Shown: positions 48,530-59,426, counted from the first letter of the stretch. The stretch: 64,000 nt of DNA from Gemmatimonadaceae bacterium (GCA_045803545.1 JBJMOW010000005.1:1280001-1344000), one strand, 5' to 3'. Made by a program: numbers and translations. Notes: generated by a model from the sequence alone, not told the origin.

Positions 48530-49675
48530 TTAAGGTCCTGAGTCCGCAGCCCGACGAAGGTACGTGAACACGTTGCCCGCCAGCCGCTTCGACGCCCGGT
48601 TCGCCTCGAAAAGGTGCCCGCGCAAGCTGTGGACGAAGCCGATGAAGTAAAGTCCGGGACGCGACGTTGGCTCGCCCGACGCCGCGATCGGCTCGGCGAC
48701 GTCGTCGAGCACGCCGTTGCCGTCGATCAGACGAGCAAGACCCGTCTCGAATCCGATCGCGGCAACGATTGAGTCGAACGACTCCTCGACGCCGTCCGCG
48801 TAGACTGCGCCGGCCGGCGTCAGGCGCTCGACTCCCGGCCGGATGTGGAGCAATCCGCGCTTGACCGCGCTCACGAATCCGACGTCGATCAATGGAATCC
48901 GCTTCGCCGAATATGGACCCCAGGCCGGCTGAGGAATTTTGTATTTCGTCAGATCGCCCAGCGTGATCCGCGCGGTGAGGCGGCCCAGGCGATCGGCGAC
49001 CGCCGGCGGCAGAAGACTCAGGATGATTCCGGTGCGCTGAACGGGCATTCCGAACGGATCACGCGGCACGATCATCGGTGGCGTGCGGATACTCAACGCT
49101 ACGAATTTGCCGCCGTTCTCGGCGATGTCGGCGGCGATCTCAGCGCCGCTGTTTCCGGAGCCGACCACCAGGACGCGTTTGCCGACGAACGACTTCGCGT
49201 TCGAGTATCCCACCGAATGTGAAAGCTGTCCGCGAAAATCCAGCGTGCGCGGCCAGTGCGGATCGATCGGCCGCCGGTATTGACCGGTGGCGATGACGAC
49301 GGCGCGAGAGCTCCACGTTTGGCCGTTGGAGGTTGTCGCCTTCCAGCGCGACTTCTGCGGATCCGACGAGATGGCAGTCACCGTCGCGCCGTTGACAACC
49401 TTGAGCCCGAAGTGATCAACGTACTCGCGGAGATACTCCACGAATTGATCGCGCGAGAGGTACTTTGGATAACGGCGCGGAATCCCGAAGTGCGCGAGCC
49501 CGGAGAATCCGCGCACTGTGTGCAGGTGCAATCGATCGTAGCGTCGGGCCCAGGTACCGCCGACTTGCGCATCCTGCTCGAGCACAACGGAGTCGATTCC
49601 CTGCTGCTTGAGCGCGCCGGCCGCCGAGAGCCCCGACGCGCCACCGCCAACAATCACAACTGACGCTTCCGCCAT
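48530..49675 (-). CDS. Flavin-containing monooxygenase (class B, FMO/YUCCA-like)
   Basis: GGGASG, GGTW..RYD.L.LH, ATG, HS..Y, GSGNSG.EIA. Confidence 0.9.
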   Translation of the reverse strand: MAEASVVIVGGGASGLSAAGALKQQGIDSVVLEQDAQVGGTWARRYDRLHLHTVRGFSGLAHFGIPRRYPKYLSRDQFVEYLREYVDHFGLKVVNGATVTAISSDPQKSRWKATTSNGQTWSSRAVVIATGQYRRPIDPHWPRTLDFRGQLSHSVGYSNAKSFVGKRVLVVGSGNSGAEIAADIAENGGKFVALSIRTPPMIVPRDPFGMPVQRTGIILSLLPPAVADRLGRLTARITLGDLTKYKIPQPAWGPYSAKRIPLIDVGFVSAVKRGLLHIRPGVERLTPAGAVYADGVEESFDSIVAAIGFETGLARLIDGNGVLDDVAEPIAASGEPTSRPGLYFIGFVHSLRGHLFEANRASKRLAGNVFTYLRRAADSGP

Positions 49676-49750
49676 CCGCCAATCTTGACGCGGCGGATGG
49701 CGCGGTGCAATCTCGCCGTGGCATGTCCTCAACCGCATCCCGGAGGCAGG

Positions 49751-50605
49751 ATGAAACGTATGCTCGCACTGCTGGCGCTCGGAGCGATCTCACAGATCGC
49801 CTCGGCCCAGAGTAAGGATGAACGCGCGATCCGCGCCCAGGATGAAGCATGGCAGAATGCGATCAACGCGCGGGATCTCGACAAGATTCTCGCGGTTCAC
49901 AGACCCGACGCGATCTACATGATGTCGCACCAGCCGCTGATCAAGGGCGCCGTAGCGATCCGCAGCGGATGGTCGGAAGCAATCAAACTTCCGAACTACA
50001 ACGTTCACTGGACGCCGACCAGGATCGACGTAGCCAGTCCGCGCGTCGCCACTGAGTACGGTACCTACACTGAGTCATACACGGGACCGGATGGGAAACT
50101 CGTCAATGATGGCGGCAACTATGTCACCATCTGGCACAAGGTGAACGGCAAGTGGCTGGTCGCACTCGATGCACCGAACACGACGGCGCCGCTGCCGGCA
50201 GCGCCGGAAATGGCGGCGACGATGGCGGACGTGCAGATGACGTCCAACGCCGCCGTGACATGGACGCCACTCAACGTTCCAGGCTTCGATCCCGGAACTC
50301 AGCTCGCTGTGATCAACGGTGATCCGACAAAAGCCGGTGAGTACACGCTGCGCCTGAAATTCCCGGCCGGCTATCGTTTCCCGGTGCACTGGCATCCGGG
50401 CGCCGAGAATCTAACGGTGCTTTCTGGTGCGTTCCTGTTCGCACCGGGCAATACTGCGGATTGGAGCCAGGTGAAAACCTATGGTCCGGGCGACTATATC
50501 TTCGCGCCGGCGCGCCATGCGCACTTTGGTGGAGCGCAGACCGAGACCGTCATCGAGCTGCATGGCAACGGTCCGTTCGCCATCAATCTCGGAGCACCCA
50601 AGTAA
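49751..50605 (+). CDS. Secreted DUF4440 (NTF2) plus cupin fusion protein, paralog 1
   Basis: Signal peptide, ATEYGTY, GNYVTIWHKVNG; cupin PVHWHP..E...HAH. Confidence 0.85.
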   Translation: MKRMLALLALGAISQIASAQSKDERAIRAQDEAWQNAINARDLDKILAVHRPDAIYMMSHQPLIKGAVAIRSGWSEAIKLPNYNVHWTPTRIDVASPRVATEYGTYTESYTGPDGKLVNDGGNYVTIWHKVNGKWLVALDAPNTTAPLPAAPEMAATMADVQMTSNAAVTWTPLNVPGFDPGTQLAVINGDPTKAGEYTLRLKFPAGYRFPVHWHPGAENLTVLSGAFLFAPGNTADWSQVKTYGPGDYIFAPARHAHFGGAQTETVIELHGNGPFAINLGAPK

Positions 50606-50622
50606 CGGAGACGCGATTGCGA

Positions 50623-51108
50623 ATGTTTTGCGTTGGCGCCGCCACCCTTCTGTTAACGACAGCCTGTCTTCCTCGGCTTTCGACGGGGCCGGCGCCAACG
50701 CAGACGACAGCCTTCGGCGACCGAATCAGAGTTTGGCATCGGAGTCCATGCTGCGCCAACCCGATAATCGGTGTTGAGGACTCGCTGACAGACGACGCGC
50801 TGTGGGTAAGAGCCGAGCGTGATCAGGCGCGGCTGACGGTGCCCAGGGCGTCGATCACCCACGTCGACAAGTGGATCAAAGTCAATCCGCCGCCCGCTGG
50901 CAAGCTATACGCTGTGAGCTTTGCGGCCGGCGCTGGCTTAGGTCTTCTGCTCGATGTTTTCATGTGGAGGCTATCTCGGCCGGACCCCTGGAACTACCAC
51001 GGCCGCTTCATAATTGGTGGCGCCGTCGCCGGATTACTCGCCGGAACGGTGTTTGGTGCTTTGGAAGACGCCAGATGGGAAGCGGCATCTATACCATCGA
51101 CCCGCTAG
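50623..51108 (+). CDS. Hypothetical membrane lipoprotein
   Basis: Lipobox TTAC and two Gly/Ala-rich TM segments; start uncertain. Confidence 0.55.
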   Translation: MFCVGAATLLLTTACLPRLSTGPAPTQTTAFGDRIRVWHRSPCCANPIIGVEDSLTDDALWVRAERDQARLTVPRASITHVDKWIKVNPPPAGKLYAVSFAAGAGLGLLLDVFMWRLSRPDPWNYHGRFIIGGAVAGLLAGTVFGALEDARWEAASIPSTR

Positions 51109-51217
51109 CGAGGAATTCCCGAAAGACATCGTAGCGCCGCCGAAAACCGCCGGGTGTTATTCGCCTGAAGTGTCTAGAACGTGGAACTAAATTACAGGTC
51201 CACGGAGGACACTTCGC

Positions 51218-52072
51218 ATGATCAGCAGGACCGCTCTCAGCTGCGCCGTCGCATTCGCCATCAGCGCCCAGTCGCTCGCCGGGCAATCAACCGAAGAACG
51301 GTCGATTCGCTCACTTTCCCAGCAGTGGCAGCAATACATCGCCGAGAAAAACATTGATCGCATTGTTGCGCTGCATACCACTGATGCGGTGGTGATGCCG
51401 TCGAACCTTCCAGTGGCGAAGGGAGGGGGGTCGATCAGGGCGATGTACAACGATCTCGTAAATACGCCCGGGCTGAAGCTTCACTGGGTGCCGACCAAGA
51501 TCGACATCGCCAGTCCACGCGTCGCCACCGAATACGGAACCTACAATCAGTCTTACGAGACGTCCCGCGGACGGACCAGTGAGAGCGGCAACTATGTCAC
51601 GATCTGGCACAAAGTGAACGGTCAGTGGCGAATCGCAGTTGATGCCCCGATCAGCACCGTGCCGATGCCGGCAGCGTGGCCAGCGGAAACGTCGCAGATG
51701 GTCGCGCGGTCCAATGAGCAGTTGACGTGGAACGATTTTTCGCCGCCAGGATTCCCGGCGGGCGGGAAAATCACCGTGCTGCAAGGCGATCCATTCAGTC
51801 CTGGCCAGTTTGTGCTGCGGCTCCAGTTACCGGATGGGTATCAGATTCCGCTGCATTGGCATCCGACGGGAGAGTACGTAACGGTGATCTCGGGCGAAGC
51901 GCAATTCGGGATGGGAAACGCGGTCGACATGAGCTCGACGCAACATTTCCACGCCGGGGATTTCGCGTTCATTCCCGCCCGCCAGTCGCACTACGGTCGC
52001 GCGAGCGGGACGACCGTGCTGCAGATCAGCGGGCAGGGGCCGTTTCAACTCAATACCGGGGTTCCGAAATAG
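51218..52072 (+). CDS. Secreted DUF4440 plus cupin fusion protein, paralog 2
   Basis: Same architecture and length as 49751; PLHWHP..E...QSH; GGAGG RBS. Confidence 0.85.
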   Translation: MISRTALSCAVAFAISAQSLAGQSTEERSIRSLSQQWQQYIAEKNIDRIVALHTTDAVVMPSNLPVAKGGGSIRAMYNDLVNTPGLKLHWVPTKIDIASPRVATEYGTYNQSYETSRGRTSESGNYVTIWHKVNGQWRIAVDAPISTVPMPAAWPAETSQMVARSNEQLTWNDFSPPGFPAGGKITVLQGDPFSPGQFVLRLQLPDGYQIPLHWHPTGEYVTVISGEAQFGMGNAVDMSSTQHFHAGDFAFIPARQSHYGRASGTTVLQISGQGPFQLNTGVPK

Positions 52073-52169
52073 GATTGAGCGTCACAGCCAATCGGAGTTA
52101 CCAGACGGGGTTGAGCCGTTCGGACCAACGGCCAGTCCGGAGTCCGGACTAACTGAGGAGTGCGGAATA

Positions 52170-54080
52170 TTACTTCGGCGACCAGGAGTTGTTGGTTGAG
52201 TCCGCATCGACCCAGATACCGGTGTCGAGCGTCGCGGACTGAACGGTTTTGCTCGTCCTGATCGGGACGATAGTGTGCTTCGGGTCGTGCGCCCAGATAC
52301 CGGCGGTCTGGTGGAATGTCTGGGTCGTTCCGTCGGTGAACTTGGCGACAACGTCGACGGGAACGGGCATCCCGCCAACGTTACCGATGTGAACGTCGTA
52401 TCCGTTGCCAGTTTTCTCGACTGCCAGGAGCGCGAGGTCGATGTTGCCCGAATTGAAGAACCATCCATTCCAGAACCAATTGAGATTCTGCCCGGTGATG
52501 TTGTTCACCGAGTTGAAGAAATCCCACGGGATCGGATGCTTGCCGTGCCAACGATCCATGAAGCCGTGTAAGGCCGCGCGGAACTGGGTGTCGCCAAGCA
52601 TGTCCTTGAGCGCAAGGTAGCCGAGGGCGGGTTTGCCGTACGAGTTGTCACCGTAGGCGGCGCCGGTGAGTGCGTCAGTGGGCGTGATGATTGGAAGATC
52701 CTCGAGCGAGGAGGGATTGCCCGCCCACCCGCTGACGCGGAACTGCTTGAAGAATCCGCTGGCGCGGTCGACGCCGAGGTCAGAGACGCCGATCAGATAC
52801 TCGAATGCCGTCGCCCAGCCTTCGTCCATGTAGGCGTAGCGGGTCTCGTTGATCCCCATATAAAACGGGAACCAGCTGTGCGCGATCTCGTGCTCGACGA
52901 CGAAGCGCGCGAAGACGGTGTCGGGGAAGGCTTCGTCGTTGACGAACATCGGATACTCCATGTCCGCCGTTCCCTGTACCACCGTCGTTTTCTCAAATGG
53001 GTAGGGCACCCCTGGCCAGTTGTGGGAGAGCCACTCCAGGCTGTGACGGCCGTACTGGACCATGTGATGATAGTCTGCTGCCGTGTCGTTATACGAAGCC
53101 TGCACAATGGAGCGGCGCCGAGTGGTGCTGTCGACGATGACACTCGCACCATCCCACACGTAATGATCGCTGAGATTGAACGCCATGTCGGAAATGTCGC
53201 GGGCGCGGAATCGCCAGGTATTCCGTGATTGCTTCGTCACCCTCTTCGCAGTCATGTCGGCAAGGGTCGCGACGTTGATGGTCTGGTCGGATGTCATCGA
53301 CCGATTGAAACGATCGAGGATCGCCGGCTGGAGAACGTCGGCGGCGTTGAGCAGCGTGCCCGTCCCCCATACGACGAAATTCGCCGGCACCGTGATCGCG
53401 ACATCGTAGTCATTGAAGTCGCTGTAGAACTCCTGCATGTCGGTGAAGTTCATGGTGTCCCAGCCATCATAGTCGTCGAACACCGCGACACGCGGATAGA
53501 AGTAGGCGAGGAAATACGTCGTCGAGTCGAGCATTCCCTCGCGCCCGCTCTCCAGCGAGATCGGATAGTGCCACTTGAAGCTCAAATGCACCGAGTCGTG
53601 CGGCAGCAGTGGCGTCGACAACGGAAAACGTTGCCAGGTGAAAGTCTGCGCGCCGCCCGGCCACGCTGCGCTGAGCCCATTCACCGCGAATGACTCGACC
53701 GTCACTCCCTCGGTGAGATAGTCGGCTCGCGCACCACCCATCCGCGGTGCGCCCGGCTTGTGGATGTTCAGCAAGAGCTTGATCACCGGGTTCCGCAGGG
53801 TGTCGGGGCTGTTGTTGTAGTAGGTGATCTCCTCGCTGCCGCGGACGTTCCGGTCAGGCGGAAGCGCCGTGATCGCGATGTCGTAGCGACCGCGATTCTG
53901 CCAGTACTTGGGGCCGGGGCGCCCGTCGGCCGAGCGGGTGCCGTTGCGAAATGCACGCTGGATATTGCGCGGCATGTAGAGCGCAGTCGCCGGCGTCGTT
54001 AACGGAGTTGGTGAGACGATGGGTGCGGGCGCGCATCCGACAGCGGCGACGATTACGAGTCCAAGCGCGTGCAGGCGCAT
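52170..54080 (-). CDS. M1 family metallopeptidase, probable lipoprotein
   Basis: PGPKYWQN, MEYP, HEIAH.WF...MDEG, YGKP; lipobox AVGC. Confidence 0.92.
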   Translation of the reverse strand: MRLHALGLVIVAAVGCAPAPIVSPTPLTTPATALYMPRNIQRAFRNGTRSADGRPGPKYWQNRGRYDIAITALPPDRNVRGSEEITYYNNSPDTLRNPVIKLLLNIHKPGAPRMGGARADYLTEGVTVESFAVNGLSAAWPGGAQTFTWQRFPLSTPLLPHDSVHLSFKWHYPISLESGREGMLDSTTYFLAYFYPRVAVFDDYDGWDTMNFTDMQEFYSDFNDYDVAITVPANFVVWGTGTLLNAADVLQPAILDRFNRSMTSDQTINVATLADMTAKRVTKQSRNTWRFRARDISDMAFNLSDHYVWDGASVIVDSTTRRRSIVQASYNDTAADYHHMVQYGRHSLEWLSHNWPGVPYPFEKTTVVQGTADMEYPMFVNDEAFPDTVFARFVVEHEIAHSWFPFYMGINETRYAYMDEGWATAFEYLIGVSDLGVDRASGFFKQFRVSGWAGNPSSLEDLPIITPTDALTGAAYGDNSYGKPALGYLALKDMLGDTQFRAALHGFMDRWHGKHPIPWDFFNSVNNITGQNLNWFWNGWFFNSGNIDLALLAVEKTGNGYDVHIGNVGGMPVPVDVVAKFTDGTTQTFHQTAGIWAHDPKHTIVPIRTSKTVQSATLDTGIWVDADSTNNSWSPK

Positions 54081-54238
54081 TCGGAGATCCATAAGAGTTG
54101 GTGTTAACTGCCATGTACCTCGTGAACGAGGTATTCTAACGCGCGGTTTCATCTACTGCGCGGCGGGCCTCTCTATAGACCGCGACGCCGTGTCTCGGTT
54201 TTGTAAACGCAATCAAGAAGTGCTACGTTAGCCCGGCC

Positions 54239-55210
54239 ATGATCCTGCACGAGCGCTGGTTTCTCGACGAATCGAAGTTTCCGGTTCAATTCGACACCTG
54301 GAACACTCCGCAGGCGCTGATCCCGGTCGGTATTGCGGTCGGCGTCACCGCCATCGCGACGATCATCTACCGTATGCGCGGCGGGCACAACGTGATCCCC
54401 GGCCCGATCCAGCTCGGCATGCCTTGGGAGAACTACATCAAGCTTCTCAGCTGGATGCCGCTCGTCATCGGCGTGCATCTCGGTGTCACATTGCTGGTCA
54501 GCGGAGTAAGCCGCCAACTCTTCATCCCTAATCTCGTCCTGCCGCTCAACCTGCTCGGCGGCGTGCTCGGGATGATCGAGATCGCGATCGCGCTCAGTTT
54601 CATCTACGGTGCGCTGGCGCGACCGGCGGCGGCGGTGCTGGCGTTTATCTGGCTCGTTGGAACGATGGTATTCGGTCCGCTCCGGCTCATCGAGCATACT
54701 GAGATACTCGGCATCGCGTTCTTCATTTTCGCGACTGGACGTGGTCCGCTCGCGTTCGACCAGGCGCTCGATCGTCTCAACAAGCCGGTCGATCAGCTCA
54801 TTCCCTACGCCGTCCCGGTGCTGCGCGTCGCCCTCGGCATCGCGCTCACAGTCGTTGCGTTCACGGAGAAGATCTGGAACGTCCCAATGGCCGTCGCCTT
54901 CCTGCAGGACCATCACTTCAATTTCTTTCCTTACATCGGCATGACATCGGTCGACAATGTCAGGTTCGTGCTGATCGCGGGGACCATCGAGCTGATCGTG
55001 GGGCTGATGCTGATTACGGGCTCATACGTGCGGCTGGTGATTCTGATCACGTTGGTTCCGTTCAATCTCACGCTCCCGTTCATGGGATGGCGGGAGCTCG
55101 TGGGCCATCTGCCGACTTACGGCATCCTTGCATTGCTGCTGTTATGGGGAGATGAGCGGCCGGGAGAGCGCGGCACGTTAGTGCGAGCGTTGCGTGGTGC
55201 GCGAGTTTGA
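54239..55210 (+). CDS. DoxX-like multi-pass membrane protein
   Basis: HERWF start, many TM segments, LRVALG, EKI..., ELVGHLP.YG. Confidence 0.7.
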   Translation: MILHERWFLDESKFPVQFDTWNTPQALIPVGIAVGVTAIATIIYRMRGGHNVIPGPIQLGMPWENYIKLLSWMPLVIGVHLGVTLLVSGVSRQLFIPNLVLPLNLLGGVLGMIEIAIALSFIYGALARPAAAVLAFIWLVGTMVFGPLRLIEHTEILGIAFFIFATGRGPLAFDQALDRLNKPVDQLIPYAVPVLRVALGIALTVVAFTEKIWNVPMAVAFLQDHHFNFFPYIGMTSVDNVRFVLIAGTIELIVGLMLITGSYVRLVILITLVPFNLTLPFMGWRELVGHLPTYGILALLLLWGDERPGERGTLVRALRGARV

Positions 55211-55302
55211 TTGAGGGCAGAAGCCTCACAGCATCGATCGCGGACTAATTGAGGATTCACGACGGTGGGCGTATGATTTAGCGCGCTGTTGCTGGACGAA
55301 CC

Positions 55303-56655
55303 TTGGCTCCGAGGTGTGAAGTGCGGCGTCTCTCTCTTCTCGCGTTCGTTTGTCTTGTCGCAGCACCCGCTGCAAACGCGCAGAATCTGCGCGACAAGAT
55401 TTCCGATCTATTTATCTTCGGACCCGGGCAACAACCGCTGTTTCTCGCGGGCTCCGGCGATCCAAACAATCCGCTTTCGATTCAGGCGCACGGCGCGCAT
55501 TTCATTCCCGCCTCCAACGCTGAGAACGCCGCGCTGATCTCGTTCCTCACCGATGCGTTGGGCGTGAGCATCGGGAGTATTCCAATTGGATCGACCAGCG
55601 GTGGCGAGACTTTTCGGTTCGAGGCGGGGCTGCCGGTGCTCGTCTCTACTTCATCGGGTCCGATCTTCGCCGAGCGAGCGCAGACATTGGGACGCGGGCA
55701 CATGCTGGCCGGAATCAGCAGGACCGGATTCCGGTTTGCGACTCTGCGCGGCGTCGACATGGGCGACATCAATCTCGTGTTCACTCACCAGAACGTCGAT
55801 TTCCCGGGATGCAGTGCGCAGTTCGGCGGCGACTGTGCGCTGTACGGCGTCCCGCGCCTCGAGAACGACGCGATGGATTTCCATCTGTCGATGGATCTCG
55901 ACGTCAGAGTCACGTCGATGTATTTCACTTACGGCGTCGGAGATCGCTTCGACTTCGGTGTCGTCGTCCCGATCGTGCAGTCGGAATTTCGCGGACAGAG
56001 CGATGCGCAGATCCGGCCGTTCGGGGGCGATAGCGCACTTCACTACTTCGCGGGCACGCCTTCCAATCCCATATTGACGGCGCATCGCGAAAGTCTTGGG
56101 TCCGCCGCCGGGCTGGGCGATGTCGCACTGCGTTTCAAGCTGAACCTCCGAAACGCACCGGAGGGGGGCTTCGCGCTCCTTGTCGACGGCCGGTTCCCAA
56201 CCGGCAGCCAGGAAGACCTGCTCGGCTCGGGCAAATTTTCCGGCCGCGCGTTGATGATCTTCAATTCCAAGATCGCGGATTTTTCGCCGCACCTGAACGC
56301 CGGCTATTTGTATCACGCCGATAGGACGCAGAACGACGCCATTCTGGGAACGATCGGTTTCGATCAACGCCTCGCTGACGCGTTTACGCTGGCTGCCGAC
56401 CTCGTGACCGAGCTGCAGGTGGGAGACAGCAAGCTGCCACTGCCGGGGATCGTCACCTACGACTCACCGTTCCGGCGGACGCTCAACCCGACAAACATTC
56501 CACAGATGCGGGATGACATCGTGAACGGGTCTTTCGGCTTCAAGATCGCGCCGGCGCGGAAGACAACGATCGTGCTGAATACTTTGTTCCCACTCAATCG
56601 TGGTGGGCTGCGCCCGAATCTCGTCTACACCGCGGGGATCGAGTACACCTTCTAG
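55303..56655 (+). CDS. Outer-membrane beta-barrel 'transporter'-like protein
   Basis: Signal peptide, GPIFAERAQTLG, GLGDVALRFK, RFPTG..EDLLGSG, terminal GIEYTF. Confidence 0.75.
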   Translation: MAPRCEVRRLSLLAFVCLVAAPAANAQNLRDKISDLFIFGPGQQPLFLAGSGDPNNPLSIQAHGAHFIPASNAENAALISFLTDALGVSIGSIPIGSTSGGETFRFEAGLPVLVSTSSGPIFAERAQTLGRGHMLAGISRTGFRFATLRGVDMGDINLVFTHQNVDFPGCSAQFGGDCALYGVPRLENDAMDFHLSMDLDVRVTSMYFTYGVGDRFDFGVVVPIVQSEFRGQSDAQIRPFGGDSALHYFAGTPSNPILTAHRESLGSAAGLGDVALRFKLNLRNAPEGGFALLVDGRFPTGSQEDLLGSGKFSGRALMIFNSKIADFSPHLNAGYLYHADRTQNDAILGTIGFDQRLADAFTLAADLVTELQVGDSKLPLPGIVTYDSPFRRTLNPTNIPQMRDDIVNGSFGFKIAPARKTTIVLNTLFPLNRGGLRPNLVYTAGIEYTF

Positions 56656-58370
56656 TGCATCGAAATCAGTCTCCACGCATTGCCGTCGCGTTGGAAGCTC
56701 GCCGCGACGCTGACGCTTTCGTGCTTGCTCTCGTTTTCGGCGGACACGTAGTCATAGCGGCCGGCCAGCGTCGCTTCGGCTGAAGTAGTCGTACTCGAGA
56801 GGTCCTCGATACGGAACGTGACGTTGATGGTTTTCGCGCGCTGGAAGAAATCGAGCAACCCGCGCGCTTGCGATGCGCTGATGTTGGGATGGATGCGGCG
56901 CACGGCGGCCATGTCCTTCGTCTCGATCGCCCGCGCATAAGCGTCTACCACTGGCGTTAGATCACTCGCGGTTGCCGGCTTTGGCGGCGGCGGCGCGGGT
57001 GGCGTCTCCCTCGGCGTCTCCACCGGCTTTTGCACCACGAGCTGTGGCGTTGTGACCACCGGCTGTTGCACCGGAGCGGATTGCGCCGGCGTTTGGGTGA
57101 CGGTGTTCGCCGTAGAGGTGGGCGGGGCCAGCTGCCTCGCCGGTGAAGTGGCCGCCACTCGCTGCGGCGTCGGCTTCTGAGCCGTGGTTGTCGTGCGTGA
57201 ATTACGCGCGGTCTCCTTGCGCTCGTTCTTTGGCGCTGGAGGCGCCGAGACCGGTGTTGGCAAAGCGTTGCTGACGCTCACTTCGGTGGCCGGAGGTTGA
57301 GCCGTTGTCGTGGAGGGCGCCGCGGGCACAACCGAGTCGCGCGTCACGTTCTGACTCGTGACCGCTGAATTGGCGTTGCGAGGTCTGCCGACTTCCGACC
57401 AGACTATCAACAATACCACCGCTGCCAGGGCGGCCAGGCCGGCGATCATGAAATTTCTCGAGCGCGACTCCGCCTTCTTCCGCGCCTGTTCGATTGCGCT
57501 TGATACCGAGGCGCTGAGCGACACCGATTCCGGGTACGCTGGCCCACTGAGTTTCGCGCGGACGGCGCTCAACTCGTTCGCCATAACCAGTGCGTTGGCG
57601 TACCGATCCTTGGGATCCTTTGCCATCGCCTTCTGCACGATCGAGTCGAATGACCGAGGCAGATTCGGCATCAGGGCTGAAACGGGCTTTGGATCTTCGG
57701 TGATGATGCGGAAGAAGAGATTTTGCAGCGTCGGGCCTTCAAACGGCTTCATGTTCGTCAGCAGCTGGTAGAGAACGCCGCCGACGGCGAAGATGTCAGT
57801 CTGCTCCGTCGTCTTCCCTTCCGTGATCTGCTCCGGCGCCATGTAACTCGGCGTGCCCAGCAGGGATCCCGTGGTGGTCATGCTCGACGAGGCGAGGTGG
57901 GCAACGCCGAAATCCATGATCTTGGCGCGGCCATCGCCGGTGACGCGAATGTTCGCCGGCTTGATGTCGCGGTGGATGATTCCGCGTTTGTGCGCGAACG
58001 ACAGCCCGGTGAGGACGTCGATCATGATATCCAGCTTCGCCTGCAGCGACAGCAGCTGCCCCGACTCCATCAGCTTCTCGAGATCGATTCCCTCGACGAA
58101 CTCCATCGCGATGAAGAGGTGGCCGTCCACATCGCCCAGGTCGAAGATGGTGACGACATTGGGATGCTGGAGGGAAGCTGCGGCCTGCGCTTCGTGGAGG
58201 AAGCGGCGGCGCAGATCGTCCTGCCGCGCGATCGACTCGTTCATGACTTTGATCGCGACCGACCGATCGAGCACGGTATCCCGTCCGCGATACACGACTC
58301 CCATCGCGCCCTCGCCAACGAGCTCGACGATCTTGTACTTGCCGATGTCGGGGTACTGGGTATCGGTCAT
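56652..58370 (-). CDS. Hanks-type Ser/Thr protein kinase with TM helix, Pro/Thr linker and C-terminal NTF2-like domain
   Basis: GEGAMG.VY, VAIK, HRDIKPAN, DFG, GTPSYMAPE. Confidence 0.95.
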   Translation of the reverse strand: MTDTQYPDIGKYKIVELVGEGAMGVVYRGRDTVLDRSVAIKVMNESIARQDDLRRRFLHEAQAAASLQHPNVVTIFDLGDVDGHLFIAMEFVEGIDLEKLMESGQLLSLQAKLDIMIDVLTGLSFAHKRGIIHRDIKPANIRVTGDGRAKIMDFGVAHLASSSMTTTGSLLGTPSYMAPEQITEGKTTEQTDIFAVGGVLYQLLTNMKPFEGPTLQNLFFRIITEDPKPVSALMPNLPRSFDSIVQKAMAKDPKDRYANALVMANELSAVRAKLSGPAYPESVSLSASVSSAIEQARKKAESRSRNFMIAGLAALAAVVLLIVWSEVGRPRNANSAVTSQNVTRDSVVPAAPSTTTAQPPATEVSVSNALPTPVSAPPAPKNERKETARNSRTTTTAQKPTPQRVAATSPARQLAPPTSTANTVTQTPAQSAPVQQPVVTTPQLVVQKPVETPRETPPAPPPPKPATASDLTPVVDAYARAIETKDMAAVRRIHPNISASQARGLLDFFQRAKTINVTFRIEDLSSTTTSAEATLAGRYDYVSAENESKHESVSVAASFQRDGNAWRLISMH

Positions 58371-58474
58371 GGACGTGCATGTTCACGGCCGAGGTCAGGA
58401 CGGCCGATGTACCGAGAATATTGGGGTCTTCGCGGCTTAGGGCAATGACTGGCGGCGGAGGACTAACAGCGTTT

Positions 58475-58623
58475 TGACTGAGGCCCGAGGACTAAGTGCA
58501 TCGATCATCGCGGACTTATTGCTGATCGATGACAACCGAGAACGAGCGCTCAAAGTCCTCAGTTGTCTGCAATTCTCACTTAGTCCGCTATCGTAGATGC
58601 ACTTAGTAGTCGGGCCTCAGTCA
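58475..58623. repeat. REP/REPIN-like hairpin element, family A copy 3
   Basis: TGACTGAGGCCCGAGGACTAAGTGCATC ... GATGCACTTAGTAGTCGGGCCTCAGTCA. Confidence 0.85.
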
Positions 58624-59366
58624 GCAATAGCCTTCGATTTCAGCGAGGAATCAAACAGCTCGATGAGTTTATCAAACCCTCTTTCCGCACTCCGCGGATC
58701 GAACATCTCGCGGCCGGGGATCATCCAGCCATGCCGCGCATTGTAAGTCTCGCTGGCGAATTCGCCGCCCCATTTCTCCAGAGCGGACTCGAACATCTCG
58801 ACCTGGCCCGCGGTCATGCTATTGTCGTTGGTCGCGTGGCCGAAGTAGAGGCGGGCTTTTACGCGCGGCAGTGCGCGGTGCGGGCTGGTGTCTTCGTCCT
58901 TGTACAAACCGCCGCCGTGGAAGGACGCCGCGGCGCCGATGCGATCGGGTCGAGCTGCTGCGATGCGCAGCGCGAATTGCCCGGAATAGCAGAATCCTAC
59001 AACGCCCATTGGGCCACCGCTCACGGACGCTTGTGAAGCGAGAAAGTCGACGTAGGACCGGCCATCACGCTCCATTGTATCGGGGGTGAGGGGAGCGGTC
59101 AGCTCCCCGGCGCGCGCCTTCGTCTTCGGATCCTGAAAATCGAAGTTCTCAAAGAAGGGCGGTTTGCCGGCGCGATAGAAAATGTTCGGCAGCAGCACGG
59201 TGTAGCCGTGCTCGGCGATGCGTTTCGCCAGGTCGACGTAAGCCGGGCGGACTGCCCAGATATCAGTGAGGACGATTACGCCCGGATTGCTGTCGTTGTC
59301 TGGGCGAACCAGTGTCGCGTCCAAGACGCCGTCGGAAGTGCGAATGTCGACTTTTTCTTCAGTCAT
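58617..59366 (-). CDS. Dienelactone hydrolase family protein
   Basis: GYTVLLPNIFYR, VGFCYSG, SFHGG, D, HGW. Confidence 0.92.
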   Translation of the reverse strand: MTEEKVDIRTSDGVLDATLVRPDNDSNPGVIVLTDIWAVRPAYVDLAKRIAEHGYTVLLPNIFYRAGKPPFFENFDFQDPKTKARAGELTAPLTPDTMERDGRSYVDFLASQASVSGGPMGVVGFCYSGQFALRIAAARPDRIGAAASFHGGGLYKDEDTSPHRALPRVKARLYFGHATNDNSMTAGQVEMFESALEKWGGEFASETYNARHGWMIPGREMFDPRSAERGFDKLIELFDSSLKSKAIAD

Positions 59367-59426
59367 TGGCTTCGGTACTGGCGATTGGATTTCAAAGTTC
59401 TAGAATAGGCAGCAAAGGAGATCACG

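Noticed and set aside
52073..52169. tRNA or ncRNA in the intergenic gap
   Set aside because: Two short hairpins only, with no cloverleaf, T-loop or CCA pattern.
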